From: Setoptus koraiensis
Taxonomy: Eukaryota; Animalia; Arthropoda
Length of the DNA stretch: 64,000 nucleotides
Reading direction: 5' to 3'
NCBI GenBank assembly: GCA_048013815.1
Contig: CM106586.1
Location: 10,602,001 to 10,666,000 of the forward strand
The notes under the pieces are model-generated. The model had not been told where the DNA came from, ran no database searches, and saw only the letters and a list, made by a program, of their open reading frames with translations. Each line of letters begins with the position of its first letter. The first letter of the stretch is position 1. Shown here piece by piece: positions 12,245 to 22,426 of this stretch. The translations under genes were made by a program, and so were the position numbers.

Positions 12245-12857
12245 TCTTATAAATCCAAGTGTAAATTTTTCAAGTTTGATGGAACCGAATATCGTCTTTT
12301 AACGAGAGGCTTCTATAAATAACTACGTTACCTTTTCAAAGTTTCGATATGATTAAATAGCTCGACAGATAATAGATGAAGATAATTTTTGTGTGACCGT
12401 GAAACGTCTTTGCATAAATGTTGCCACAATTGTGATTTAAAATCTCATTCGAAGATATTATAGTGAGCATGCTCCTGCCCAATGAATGCTCACAAGGCTC
12501 ATAAGGCCTGTTAACTGCAGATAACTGCTATTCGGAACAGCTGACATCGTTCCTGCTTTTGGACAGAGGTCGCGATATGTTTACACCATGTGCATCACAC
12601 CGTTGTCTCTTCGACTTGATTGTCACACAACTATAAAACCAGTCTCCTCGTACGTGCATTATTAGGTCTTTCTCATTGGGCCCCATTCAACTCCACTTGA
12701 TTGAAGATGTTTTATAATCATCGCAACAATAACATTAACTTATGACAACTTATCTTGAAAAACTCTACAACAAATAACAACATTACAGCGAATCACAAGG
12801 GATAAGAACTGGCGTTGGATTGCATCGGCCATTGCATACACACATAGAATAATCAAA

Positions 12858-13040
12858 ATGGAATCTGTAAGGAGATTTGGGCGTTTCATTCTGGAAGAAA
12901 AAAATCTGGACATTATGCACAAGGGATTCATCTCTGCCTTGGTAGGCGCAAGTGTTTTTGGTACATTTTATTCGTTGACATTAGTATATTATCTGAGACA
13001 AGGAAGATTAAGGGCAAAAGAATCAGATGAGATCAAATAA
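12858..13040 (+). CDS. Small single-pass membrane protein, COX14-like (complex IV assembly factor)
   Basis: 60 aa. LDIMHKGFISALVGASVFGTFYSLTLVYYLRQGR resembles the D-I-x-(H/Y)-K-x-F...V(Y/F)G...VY pattern of COX14, followed by a basic tail. Resemblance judged by eye. Confidence 0.55.
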   Translation: MESVRRFGRFILEEKNLDIMHKGFISALVGASVFGTFYSLTLVYYLRQGRLRAKESDEIK

Positions 13041-14472
13041 ATTTTGTAGATGACTCATGTGACGATGATTTCCACGGAATGAGTGCTTTCCATTTAGATT
13101 GCTTGGCCGCTTTGTCGCGTGGTTTTATCGTCATAGGCGTACCAAAACCATTTTGACGATTAAACTGTTTAATATATTTACGTTTCTGTGGAGTATCTGG
13201 CATGGATTGAACTTGGGCATAAAGTTCCGCTAGTGCCGTTGCCGTTGTGGTCTCTGTTTCTTTGACAGGATCTTTTGAGCGTTGACAGAATGTTATGATG
13301 GTGTTGTTTTCAGTTGTTTCTGTGTTGCTTGGAGTGAGTTTCTTAGAGGAGCTCTTTTTGCCCGATGGTGTTGTTAATTTACTCAATTGCTGTTTGAGTT
13401 GTTGTTGCTTATACTGCTGTTCCAAAGTAGTAAGCTTGTTGCGTGCATCCATTATAAGTTCTGTCGGACCATTGAACAAATCTTTATAGTTGAGCAGCAT
13501 GAATTCCATTGCATTGGTTATAAGTTCTATTCTCTCTTGTATCTGTTTAGGTGGTAGCGTTCTTGGGCACAGTATGTGAGAGCCAAATATAGTGGCCAGA
13601 CTGAGTTCATCCATTTTGGTTTTTTCCTTCTCCAGCGCCACCTTGTGCAACAAAGCCATGAGCGACTGAAAGAATTGTCTGTTTAGATCGGGTATAAGAT
13701 GTAGCAACAATTGTATAATCTTAAGTCGTTTTTTATTTCGTTGCTCCAATTGATCTGATGCAGTCTCTCGCTTTATGTGAGCAGCCAGCTCATAATGAAT
13801 CTCAAAATGATTATTGGTCAACAGTGGCTGAGTGAGTTCCTGGATGTAGGCCTTTAGCACGCACGAGCAATCGTTAGGTGTAAACCTGTTGGCTTCTAGA
13901 TCAACTTGAACGCCACAATTAAGCAGATACCTGAGCTCTTGTTGTCTAGCGGAGTTGCCCGATTTTCTGAAAATGCCCTCTAGCTTGTAGTTTTCTGATT
14001 TGTTCAAAAAGTCGATTAGCAATGATATCTGTTTTAAACTTTCCACTGTCAATGGTGCGCCAAATATGTTTGAGGCCATTTCTTTGCGCGTAATCATTTT
14101 CTCCTCTTTGTTAGTTTGTTGTTGATGTTGTGCAACATGGGAAAACATTTTGTGGCTGGCGTTACTTGTTGTCGTTGCGAGTGAGTTTGCTGGAGAATGA
14201 TTCTTACTTGACATGATACTGTTGGAACTTTTACTGGCACCACTATTAGCAATAGAGGTAATGGCACACTGTTGCTGGCCATTAAGTTTATTTTGTGTCT
14301 CTTCCTCGACGGGACTAATGATATTCTTCCACTCATCTGCGGTCACATCAATTAGGAACGATAGATGCATCTTTACCAAATCTAATAGCTCCAGTCTATT
14401 TAATTGGCGCAGCTGCTCTAGAACTGGCCGCTTTTGAGTCATAGCGTAAGGGTTACTAGTACCGGTGGCCAT
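13033..14472 (-). CDS. Rho GTPase-activating protein, ARHGAP19-like, 479 aa
   Basis: RhoGAP domain with the arginine-finger motif EGIFRKSGNSARQQEL, plus DCSCVLKAYIQELTQPLLT and KMDELSLATIFGSHILCP. C-terminal ALAELYAQVQSMPDTPQKRK. First ATG at 14472. Confidence 0.8.
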   Translation of the reverse strand: MATGTSNPYAMTQKRPVLEQLRQLNRLELLDLVKMHLSFLIDVTADEWKNIISPVEEETQNKLNGQQQCAITSIANSGASKSSNSIMSSKNHSPANSLATTTSNASHKMFSHVAQHQQQTNKEEKMITRKEMASNIFGAPLTVESLKQISLLIDFLNKSENYKLEGIFRKSGNSARQQELRYLLNCGVQVDLEANRFTPNDCSCVLKAYIQELTQPLLTNNHFEIHYELAAHIKRETASDQLEQRNKKRLKIIQLLLHLIPDLNRQFFQSLMALLHKVALEKEKTKMDELSLATIFGSHILCPRTLPPKQIQERIELITNAMEFMLLNYKDLFNGPTELIMDARNKLTTLEQQYKQQQLKQQLSKLTTPSGKKSSSKKLTPSNTETTENNTIITFCQRSKDPVKETETTTATALAELYAQVQSMPDTPQKRKYIKQFNRQNGFGTPMTIKPRDKAAKQSKWKALIPWKSSSHESSTKFI

Positions 14473-15232
14473 TCTTAATGACGATTCTTCGATATTTGTT
14501 CTGGACGTATGGACGAAAATAACGATTACCAATATATCAAATGATTAGGTTAGGTTGGCGTCTGGCAGCAGTAAAGGGGTCCACTGTTTTGTCTGAGAGC
14601 GTGAAGAAAGTCGGTTTGTTTGAAAGAATCGCACACACACACGCACACACAAACTGTTGACCGTTGAATTTTAACAGGCAACACGCAAAAACTTCTCTAT
14701 ATGCTCTCTTACAACGTTTCTCTTCCCCCACTCGCAGCGCGTGTGGTGTGGGGATTGGAAGTGTAACGCTAGCGCACATTTCAACACTTCTCCACCGGTT
14801 GCTGTTCCCCTCCTCAATTGAACACTGGTTGCTAACGACCCCCTGCAGTAATCCAAATTAGTTTGTGTGTGTATGCACCAAAATACATGGTGTCTCTCTA
14901 TGCAACGGTCATTATTTTAAACACGCTAAACCAGGTTGTATTTTACATCAATAATGGAGCACGTCTTGATACATTTGTACATTTCTCTCCTCTGTTATTA
15001 TTACCCTTTACCTGTGGCCAATCCAATCACTGCACACCTGGCCAACTGATGATAATTACTATATTGTGTGTCATGTCAAGAAGGACCAGCAATTATAAGA
15101 GATAAGTTTTCGTGGTTGTCAAATTGTGCATCTGTTGTGTTTATTATTTTACACTGTGATGGTTTTCATGTGATCTATACATAAAAAGATTGAGTTTATC
15201 AGTCGTGCTGAAATGCTAAAGTCTCTCGATTT

Positions 15233-18200
15233 CTATAAAACTATCCTAGGTGCTATAGACATGGACATGAGTTCTTGAAACAATAGTTTACAAGCGTATG
15301 GGAGTCTGACCTGGGATATCTGAGTCTTATTCTTGCATCCCTTACACTCAAATGTGTTGTTTCGTAGATTGGCAATACAGATAAGCCCGCACAAATCGCA
15401 CACATGAACCCTGTATGGATCTGACACCTCGAATAATCTCTCTCGCAAGAATTGAGCAGCTCCGTGAGAGATCTGACAATCACGCTCCATCTCTCCGAAA
15501 CGTAGACCTCCGTCGCGAGCTCTACCCTCCATAGGTTGTCGCACCAAGATTTGAACTGGACCTCGCGCTCTCGCGTGGATCTTGTCGTCGACCATGTGCT
15601 TGAGACGTTGATAATAAGTTGGACCCAAAAATATTTGCGCGTTTACTTTACGTCCTGTGTGGGCATTGTACATGACCTCGTAGCCTCTCAATTGATAACC
15701 ATACTCTGCTAACAGATCGGAAATCTTTTGCACATTGACTGTGTCATTGAACGGTGTTGCGTCACCAATTTCACCTTTGTTGGCTGAGACTTTACCTTGA
15801 AGACATTCGATTAAATGACCAATTGTCATACGAGATGGAATGGCATGGGGATTGATGATGATATCGGGTGTTATACCCTCGGATGTGAAAGGCATATCTT
15901 CTTGACGATATGAAATACCGCAAGTTCCTTTTTGTCCATGTCTCGAAGCGAACTTGTCGCCTATCTGGGGCGTTCTCACTGATCTAACTCTTATCTTACA
16001 AAACTTGTTGCCCTCATTGTTGATGGTAAGCATGACTTGATCGATGATACCGCTCTCACTGTTCCTGAGGAAAGTGCTAGCATCTCGTTTGGTGTGACGC
16101 TTAACTGTTCCTTCAAGTTCATCTTCATTCTCTGGTAATAGCACTGTCTTACCAATGATCACATCATCGCCAGAAACACGTGTACCCGGAGCGATGATCC
16201 CGTCGTCGTCAAGTTTGTCATATATGGCATTCTTCATACCTTGACATGTTGTTCGATCAGGCTTCTCGAAAACCTCAACTTGATCACCAACTCTTTTGAT
16301 TTCGCTGTCCTTGTATGATCGATAAAAGACAGATCTGAAAAAACCTCTGTCGATCGCTGATGCATTTAGAATGACGGAGTCTTCTTGGTTGTATCCTGTG
16401 TATGACATGATGGCAACGATTGAATTAATACCTGCTGGCAATTCTCTGAAACGTAGATATTCCATGGCTCTAGTTGTAACCAGTGGTTTTTGTGGGTAGT
16501 ATAGTACATGTGCTAAGGTGTCCATTCGGACGTGGAAGTTGGTAATATAAACGCCCATAGCCTGCTTACCCATAGCAGATTGGTATGTGTTTCTTGGGGA
16601 TTGATTGTGGTCTGGAAAAGGTATAATTGAGGCGCAAACTCCGAGAATCATAGATGGGTGAATTTCGCAGTGAGTGTAGGTTGTACAATACTGTTGCTCT
16701 GATTCGACCAAATCGTCGGGTGTCATAGCAATCATAATAGTTTCTTCTTCTAGGGTATCTATGTATTCTACAACGCCGGATCCGACAAGTTGATGCCAGC
16801 TATAGTCGTTATAGTCTCGATTTTTAAGAGTGTCGATATGAGTCTTCTTGAGTAATAGTTTTTGGTTCTCTACAATGAGTAATGGGCGGCATATTCTACC
16901 GGCATCGGTGTATATTCTGATCTCCCTGTCGCGTATATCACGAACCATCGACACCTCCGAGACTACAATATCCATCTGACGACGAAGTTTCTTAAGTGTA
17001 CTCATGAGAACTTCGGGTTCACGATGTATTCCAACCCAACAACCGTTAACAAATATCTTAGTTGCTTCAGCTATAGCTGACGGGGCGATTTCTTCAATGT
17101 TATCCATGGACCACTCTTCCAAGAACTCTAATATTGGTGACGGTTGGGACCCGACGGATATGTATGCCATGAGGGCAAGATTTTTAACCAAGCCAACAGC
17201 ATGACCCTCTGGTGTTTCAGCAGGGCAAATCATACCCCAAAGAGTGTTGTGCAGTTGACGTGGCCTTGCCAGCTTTCCGTCCCTACCAATAGGTGAGTTG
17301 ACACGACGCAAATGAGACAGTGTGGATGCGTAGGTTAAACGGTTGAGCACTTGAGACACTCCAGCTCTTGCTTGATGAGCTTTTTTCTGGTCTCCCCAAT
17401 TTCCAGTAGCAAGTGAGTAGCGAAGACCATCCGAGATTATTCTTGTTTTGATGGCAAGATCCAAGTTGAAATCTTTGCCACGGTCGATAAACTTCTGAGC
17501 GTACATCCTCACTTCTTTAGTGATATTGCGAAACAGTCCTCTGAATAAATAAGCCAGCAGTGGTCCGGCAAGGTCCAAACGTTTGTTACCGTAATGATCT
17601 CTGTCATCAAGCTCACGACGACCTAAAGCAGCCAGTAGTAATCTATGGACCATATATCCAAGATAGTATGCCTTTTTAGTTTCACAGAATCCACTCAATC
17701 CAACGTGAGGAAGCATCTCTTTTTGTAAAATATCTTTAGCATATCTGATTCTACTTTCTCTAGCGACACCAGGTCCCGCTCCACGCACACCAATGAAATT
17801 TAGTGCAACATCTTGATCCTGGACCACAAAAGCCTCATCCAAAGATGGTTTAACCATTTCCATCATTTCAGGATCTTCAAAATCATAAATAATATGTTCA
17901 AGAATATCTCGATCCGACACGAAACCAAGAGCTCTAAACACTATGATAATGGGAATTTCCTGCTTGATGTACGGTATATTTGCCACAATTCTTTGACCAA
18001 TAGTTGTCTTTTTTGCTCCTTGGCTGCCCCTACTGAGCATACTGCACCACAGAGTACTACTTGGTTTGTTGGAGTTCTCAATGCATGAGCGGCACTCAGC
18101 CTTGTACGCAAACTTCGAGTCTTTCATGGCAAAAACGTATACAGTATTGGAAGCCATCTTTTCCTGGGCGATGAGTACTTTTTCGGAGCCGTTAATGATA

Positions 18201-18766
18201 AAATAGCCACCGGGATCTAGTGGACATTCATTAAGTTGGGCGAGATCACGATCGTTGAGGCCATTGAGTGTACAATAGTCAGATCTCAACATGACAGGTA
18301 TTTTCCCGATAAAAGCCTTGGATAAATTTGTAACTACTTCAGGTTCTCCATCCTTGATAACTTTTTTGGTTATGTCAACGTAAAGGGGTGCAGAATATGT
18401 TAAGTTCCTGAGCCTGGCCTCATTGGGCATCATTTGGGTTGCCGCACCGTCTTTCTCCCAGTGTGTTGGCTTAGAAAGATAAATTTGCTCGAATTTAACA
18501 GTATATTTTGTTGGATTGTCTATTTCACCGCCTTGATGCTGAGCTTCACCTTGTAGCTGAATTTCGGCCGAATCTTCAACAATTCTTTGAACTGACATGG
18601 ATATAAATTCATTGAAGGAGTCTAACTGTTGCCTAACCAGACCTTTTTCATCGAAATACGATGAGATTACAATCCAGCAAGCCTCTTGCCAAAGATCGGG
18701 TGGTATGTCCTCGGCCGAATCACCGTCCATATCGAACTCCTCGTCATATTTACTGTCTGGATTCAT
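15233..18766 (-). CDS. RPB2: RNA polymerase II second-largest subunit, intronless, 1177 aa
   Basis: Full-length conserved motifs [42 protein letters not shown] and a C-terminal Zn ribbon. Confidence 0.99.
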   Translation of the reverse strand: MNPDSKYDEEFDMDGDSAEDIPPDLWQEACWIVISSYFDEKGLVRQQLDSFNEFISMSVQRIVEDSAEIQLQGEAQHQGGEIDNPTKYTVKFEQIYLSKPTHWEKDGAATQMMPNEARLRNLTYSAPLYVDITKKVIKDGEPEVVTNLSKAFIGKIPVMLRSDYCTLNGLNDRDLAQLNECPLDPGGYFIINGSEKVLIAQEKMASNTVYVFAMKDSKFAYKAECRSCIENSNKPSSTLWCSMLSRGSQGAKKTTIGQRIVANIPYIKQEIPIIIVFRALGFVSDRDILEHIIYDFEDPEMMEMVKPSLDEAFVVQDQDVALNFIGVRGAGPGVARESRIRYAKDILQKEMLPHVGLSGFCETKKAYYLGYMVHRLLLAALGRRELDDRDHYGNKRLDLAGPLLAYLFRGLFRNITKEVRMYAQKFIDRGKDFNLDLAIKTRIISDGLRYSLATGNWGDQKKAHQARAGVSQVLNRLTYASTLSHLRRVNSPIGRDGKLARPRQLHNTLWGMICPAETPEGHAVGLVKNLALMAYISVGSQPSPILEFLEEWSMDNIEEIAPSAIAEATKIFVNGCWVGIHREPEVLMSTLKKLRRQMDIVVSEVSMVRDIRDREIRIYTDAGRICRPLLIVENQKLLLKKTHIDTLKNRDYNDYSWHQLVGSGVVEYIDTLEEETIMIAMTPDDLVESEQQYCTTYTHCEIHPSMILGVCASIIPFPDHNQSPRNTYQSAMGKQAMGVYITNFHVRMDTLAHVLYYPQKPLVTTRAMEYLRFRELPAGINSIVAIMSYTGYNQEDSVILNASAIDRGFFRSVFYRSYKDSEIKRVGDQVEVFEKPDRTTCQGMKNAIYDKLDDDGIIAPGTRVSGDDVIIGKTVLLPENEDELEGTVKRHTKRDASTFLRNSESGIIDQVMLTINNEGNKFCKIRVRSVRTPQIGDKFASRHGQKGTCGISYRQEDMPFTSEGITPDIIINPHAIPSRMTIGHLIECLQGKVSANKGEIGDATPFNDTVNVQKISDLLAEYGYQLRGYEVMYNAHTGRKVNAQIFLGPTYYQRLKHMVDDKIHARARGPVQILVRQPMEGRARDGGLRFGEMERDCQISHGAAQFLRERLFEVSDPYRVHVCDLCGLICIANLRNNTFECKGCKNKTQISQVRLPYACKLLFQELMSMSIAPRIVL

Positions 18767-19486
18767 TTTTCTGTCGTAATCAGTCGCGTATTGGATCCGG
18801 TTGTCAATTCGACGAGAAACAAACAGGCACTGGCTGAGGATGTCGTCATCAATAGAGTGATTAGAATGCTCCCCGTTGTTCCTTCCCGATCGATCCTTGA
18901 GAGATTTACAATAGATACAATTAATATCCCTATGCTGTAACCGTAATGATTGTTTGTATTAATATGCCGCGACCTGGAAAAAACACTGGACAATGTGAGC
19001 CGGAGAGCACGCATTTGCCTCTAGCACGTTCATAAGCCAGTCGGCCATCCCAACAAATCAAACATCGAAACACGAGAGAGCATGCGCACCCACGAAAAAA
19101 GCGGCAATTATAATAGTGAAATGCCGTGAAGAGATTCTCCTGAAGGGAATTACTCGAGAGTCGCGACAGGTTTCAAGTCGCCATTTATACCGGACAGCTC
19201 CTCCTACGAACATGTCATCGTTAATTATTTGGTCTATGCTGCTGGCCTGTTGATATATTATTTCAATTGGTGTGGCGAAGTGACCAGTGCACTTCATTCC
19301 TGATTAGACCAAATTCAAGTTCCACTCTATATTTGCCAACACATTAGAGCCAACAACCTGCATATCGAATCATTGATGCTCAGTAAGGGATCTACAGATC
19401 TTATCTGGAAGCAAATCAAAAATATAAATGTTGTATTTATACAAAGGATTTTCAAAAATCTCTATTATCCTTTGCTTAGATGAGTG

Positions 19487-21181
19487 ATGGTAAAAAGATT
19501 CTGCACTCTATTTCGTTACTCAAGCAAAACTCTGTTACATTACTCTCAAAGACTTCATCAAAACATAATGGCGGATAGGATATTACCTCTAACATGCGGT
19601 TTGTTAATACTGACACTACCATTACAGCAATTACCAGCGAAAATCCATGGCGTTTTAGAACAAATTAATCGGATGTTTGGAAGAAAACTGCTCTACATTA
19701 AGATCGAGCCTGCACTTGGAATAACGCCTTTCAAGACTCCTAGTAGATTAGATCTTATCAAGTTTATGCCTACTATATACCAAGCTGCCATTAATGTAGA
19801 TTCAAAGATGGACGTCAGAATACTGAATCCCTTAGACAATCAGAAATTTAAATATAAACTACGCTCAGTACCTGATTTAATTATTACTACAAATTGTGAC
19901 TCAGGTGATTCGATTGCTCACTTGAAACAATATATATCAGAAAGATTTCAGGACTTAACAAGAGATGGCCTATTATATGATAATGTTTGTCCTGCTGAAG
20001 AGTCTGCCGAATCTGCAACTCCAACCTATCCCTCTGTTGGCAATGATAATCAGAACAAGACCTACGATAATGTGTGTCTAGGAGGTACATTCGATGGTAT
20101 TCATGTTGGACATAAGATCATGTTCTCTGAAGCCACACTCAGATGTAACAAGAAGATAGTGGTAGGAGTGACGGACACGAATCTGACCAAATCTAAAATT
20201 CTCTGGGAGATAATCAAACCATTAGATGAGAGATTGGAGGAGGTAGAGGAGTACCTCAAGGAGATCGATCCCAGTATCCAGCGAGAGGTTGTTCCAATAA
20301 GTGACATGTATGGTCCGACTCTCACACAGCGTGACCTACAATATCTAGTTGTGTCGGAAGAAACATTAAGAGGAGGTGAAAAAGTCAATACCGAGCGTCA
20401 AAGAAAAGGTTGGCCACCAATGGAAGTTGGCATCGTGCCTCTATTGCATGATAATCAGGATCTTATGACCAAAATAAATGAGAAGAAAGTTTCTTCTTCA
20501 ACAATTCGTCTTAGCAGGCTGGGAACTATAATTAGACCACCCAAACCTAACTTTAGCATACCTAGACGACCCTACCTAATAGGTTTGACAGGGGGCATAG
20601 CGAGCGGTAAAACAGCTATTGGACACTATTTAGAGAGTTTGGGTCTGGGATATATCAATTACGACCTTCTCGGTCACCAAACCTATGAGAAAGTTGACTC
20701 ACCAGTATACAAGGAGATTTTACAGTATTTTGGAAATGGTATTCTCAAAGACGACGGTAGTCAGCAAATTGAACGAAGCAAGCTTGGCAAGATTGTATTC
20801 GGAGATAGAGAGAAATTGGATAAATTAAATTCTATCGTCTGGCCTGCTATATACGAGCTTGTTCAGGAGAACATTGACAGGATGAAAGAAAAACATGATA
20901 TAATTGTTCTAGAAAGTGCCTTATTAATTGAATCAAAGCAAACGGAACGTGTACATCAGGTCTGGGTAACGATTGTGCCACGCGACGAAGCAATAAAACG
21001 ACTGATGAATTCTAGGAATTTAAGTGTTGAAGATGCTGAGCAAAGAGTAAGCTCTCAGATAGACAATATAACTCGTGTAAAACATGCAAATGTCGTATTT
21101 TGCTCAATGTGGGAAAGGGAATTCACGCAGCAACAAGTGAGAAAAGCTTTAGATGAGTTAAAAGTGAACTATCTTAAATAG
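19487..21181 (+). CDS. COASY: Bifunctional CoA synthase (PPAT + dephospho-CoA kinase)
   Basis: VCLGGTFDGIHVGH (HxGH nucleotidyltransferase motif), YLVVSEET, IGLTGGIASGK (P-loop). ATGs at 19487 and 19568. Confidence 0.95.
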   Translation: MVKRFCTLFRYSSKTLLHYSQRLHQNIMADRILPLTCGLLILTLPLQQLPAKIHGVLEQINRMFGRKLLYIKIEPALGITPFKTPSRLDLIKFMPTIYQAAINVDSKMDVRILNPLDNQKFKYKLRSVPDLIITTNCDSGDSIAHLKQYISERFQDLTRDGLLYDNVCPAEESAESATPTYPSVGNDNQNKTYDNVCLGGTFDGIHVGHKIMFSEATLRCNKKIVVGVTDTNLTKSKILWEIIKPLDERLEEVEEYLKEIDPSIQREVVPISDMYGPTLTQRDLQYLVVSEETLRGGEKVNTERQRKGWPPMEVGIVPLLHDNQDLMTKINEKKVSSSTIRLSRLGTIIRPPKPNFSIPRRPYLIGLTGGIASGKTAIGHYLESLGLGYINYDLLGHQTYEKVDSPVYKEILQYFGNGILKDDGSQQIERSKLGKIVFGDREKLDKLNSIVWPAIYELVQENIDRMKEKHDIIVLESALLIESKQTERVHQVWVTIVPRDEAIKRLMNSRNLSVEDAEQRVSSQIDNITRVKHANVVFCSMWEREFTQQQVRKALDELKVNYLK

Positions 21182-21268
21182 TTGGAATTATATATAGAAA
21201 TTATTTTGGGTGAATAATTGCAATCTTCCAGTAGCCTGTTTTAGTGTACAAAATAAAAAATAGGGTAT

Positions 21269-21550
21269 TTAATTCAATTCTTCCATTTCTGCCTTGATTT
21301 GTTCCTCTTGTGTTGGCGGCTTGCTTGAGATAGGTCGCCTGAATAGTAGGATGTGAGGTTCTGGCTCGTGGATCATATAATGTATCCAACCATGACTTTG
21401 CTGTACACCAATAGCTCTCCATTCTGTCTCTGACATGAGGTGGCCCCTGGGCACAAGTTTGGCGATCTCAGGCGTCACCTGGACATGTCTGTATTCATAC
21501 TGGTCATCATAATATTTGTCCGAGTATAATATTTGCTTTTTGCTAGACAT
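21269..21550 (-). CDS. CKS1: Cyclin-dependent kinase regulatory subunit Cks1/Cks30A
   Basis: [52 protein letters not shown]. True start is the Met at 21550. Confidence 0.95.
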   Translation of the reverse strand: MSSKKQILYSDKYYDDQYEYRHVQVTPEIAKLVPRGHLMSETEWRAIGVQQSHGWIHYMIHEPEPHILLFRRPISSKPPTQEEQIKAEMEELN

Positions 21551-21717
21551 TGTATGAGATGATGAGATAGAGATTCTTATGTATAATATATGGCAATGAA
21601 GGAGTAAATAATATAAGGTGGCCTTCGTTGATATCATACAACCAACGATATTTTTCATAAATTGTCGCTCCTTTATAATGTTACAACAATAACACGAGAG
21701 TTTCCATGGGCCATAAG

Positions 21718-22115
21718 CAGGCGCGCATTGTCCGGTATATAACACCACCACGAGAGGGTCGTTCCTAACCAAGAGTACGCATGCGTTTTTCTAAGTAAAC
21801 CAGCGGGAATTTCGACTGGTTTTGGGGCGACGGTTGTTTCCACTATTTGAACGTTTTTACTCACTGAAATTCCCATTAGAAGATCCCGCTTCTCCTGCTT
21901 TCATGTTGTCCCATTCTGCCGCTAGCCTCACTAACACGCGCGCGGTCACTCAGTGAACGGGGCAACGGGGAAAAAGTGCGAGAATCCAGACCCTCATCAG
22001 TGAATTTTCACTGGTGCTGTCGAAATTCCCGCTGGTATTTACCCTAACGCATGCGTACTCAAAGTTGTGAACGTCTTATTTCAACTGGTGCTATGTACCG
22101 GACAATGCGCGCCTG
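21718..22115. promoter_or_regulatory. Inverted-duplicated promoter cassette between CKS1 and cyclin B
   Basis: Block A: 21718-21746 vs 22087-22115, 27/29 reverse-complement identity. Block B: 21773-21787 vs 22046-22060, 15/15. Block C: 21799-21816 vs 22019-22036, 18/18. Outward TATA-like boxes at 21672-21677 (minus strand) and 22146-22153 (plus strand). Confidence 0.85.
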
Positions 22116-22426
22116 TTTTCGTTCATGGGCTATCCGCTGGATTTCTATATAAAGCATTGGCCGTTGGATTTTAGTGTTGGTTAAATGTCGTTTTCTACGC
22201 TGGCGACTCTTTTGAAACCTCTATTATAACTCTCACACTTTTGTTAAAATATTATCATACATCTTAAGTCACACCAACCACTCATCCCACATCGACCAGA
22301 CAAATTATTAAATTATTTAATATAATCTTACATTAGATTAGTTAGCGATCTCAAACGACAAACGGCATTTAAGAACGATAATCTCATCATCAACTGTAAA
22401 CATCGCCACTGAAATAAATCGTAAAA

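Noticed and set aside
15253-19014. Small alternative-frame or antisense ORFs within and next to RPB2 (likewise inside COASY, CycB, METAP1, MTIF2, LMBRD2)
   Set aside because: They are shadows of long conserved CDSs with no independent evidence.
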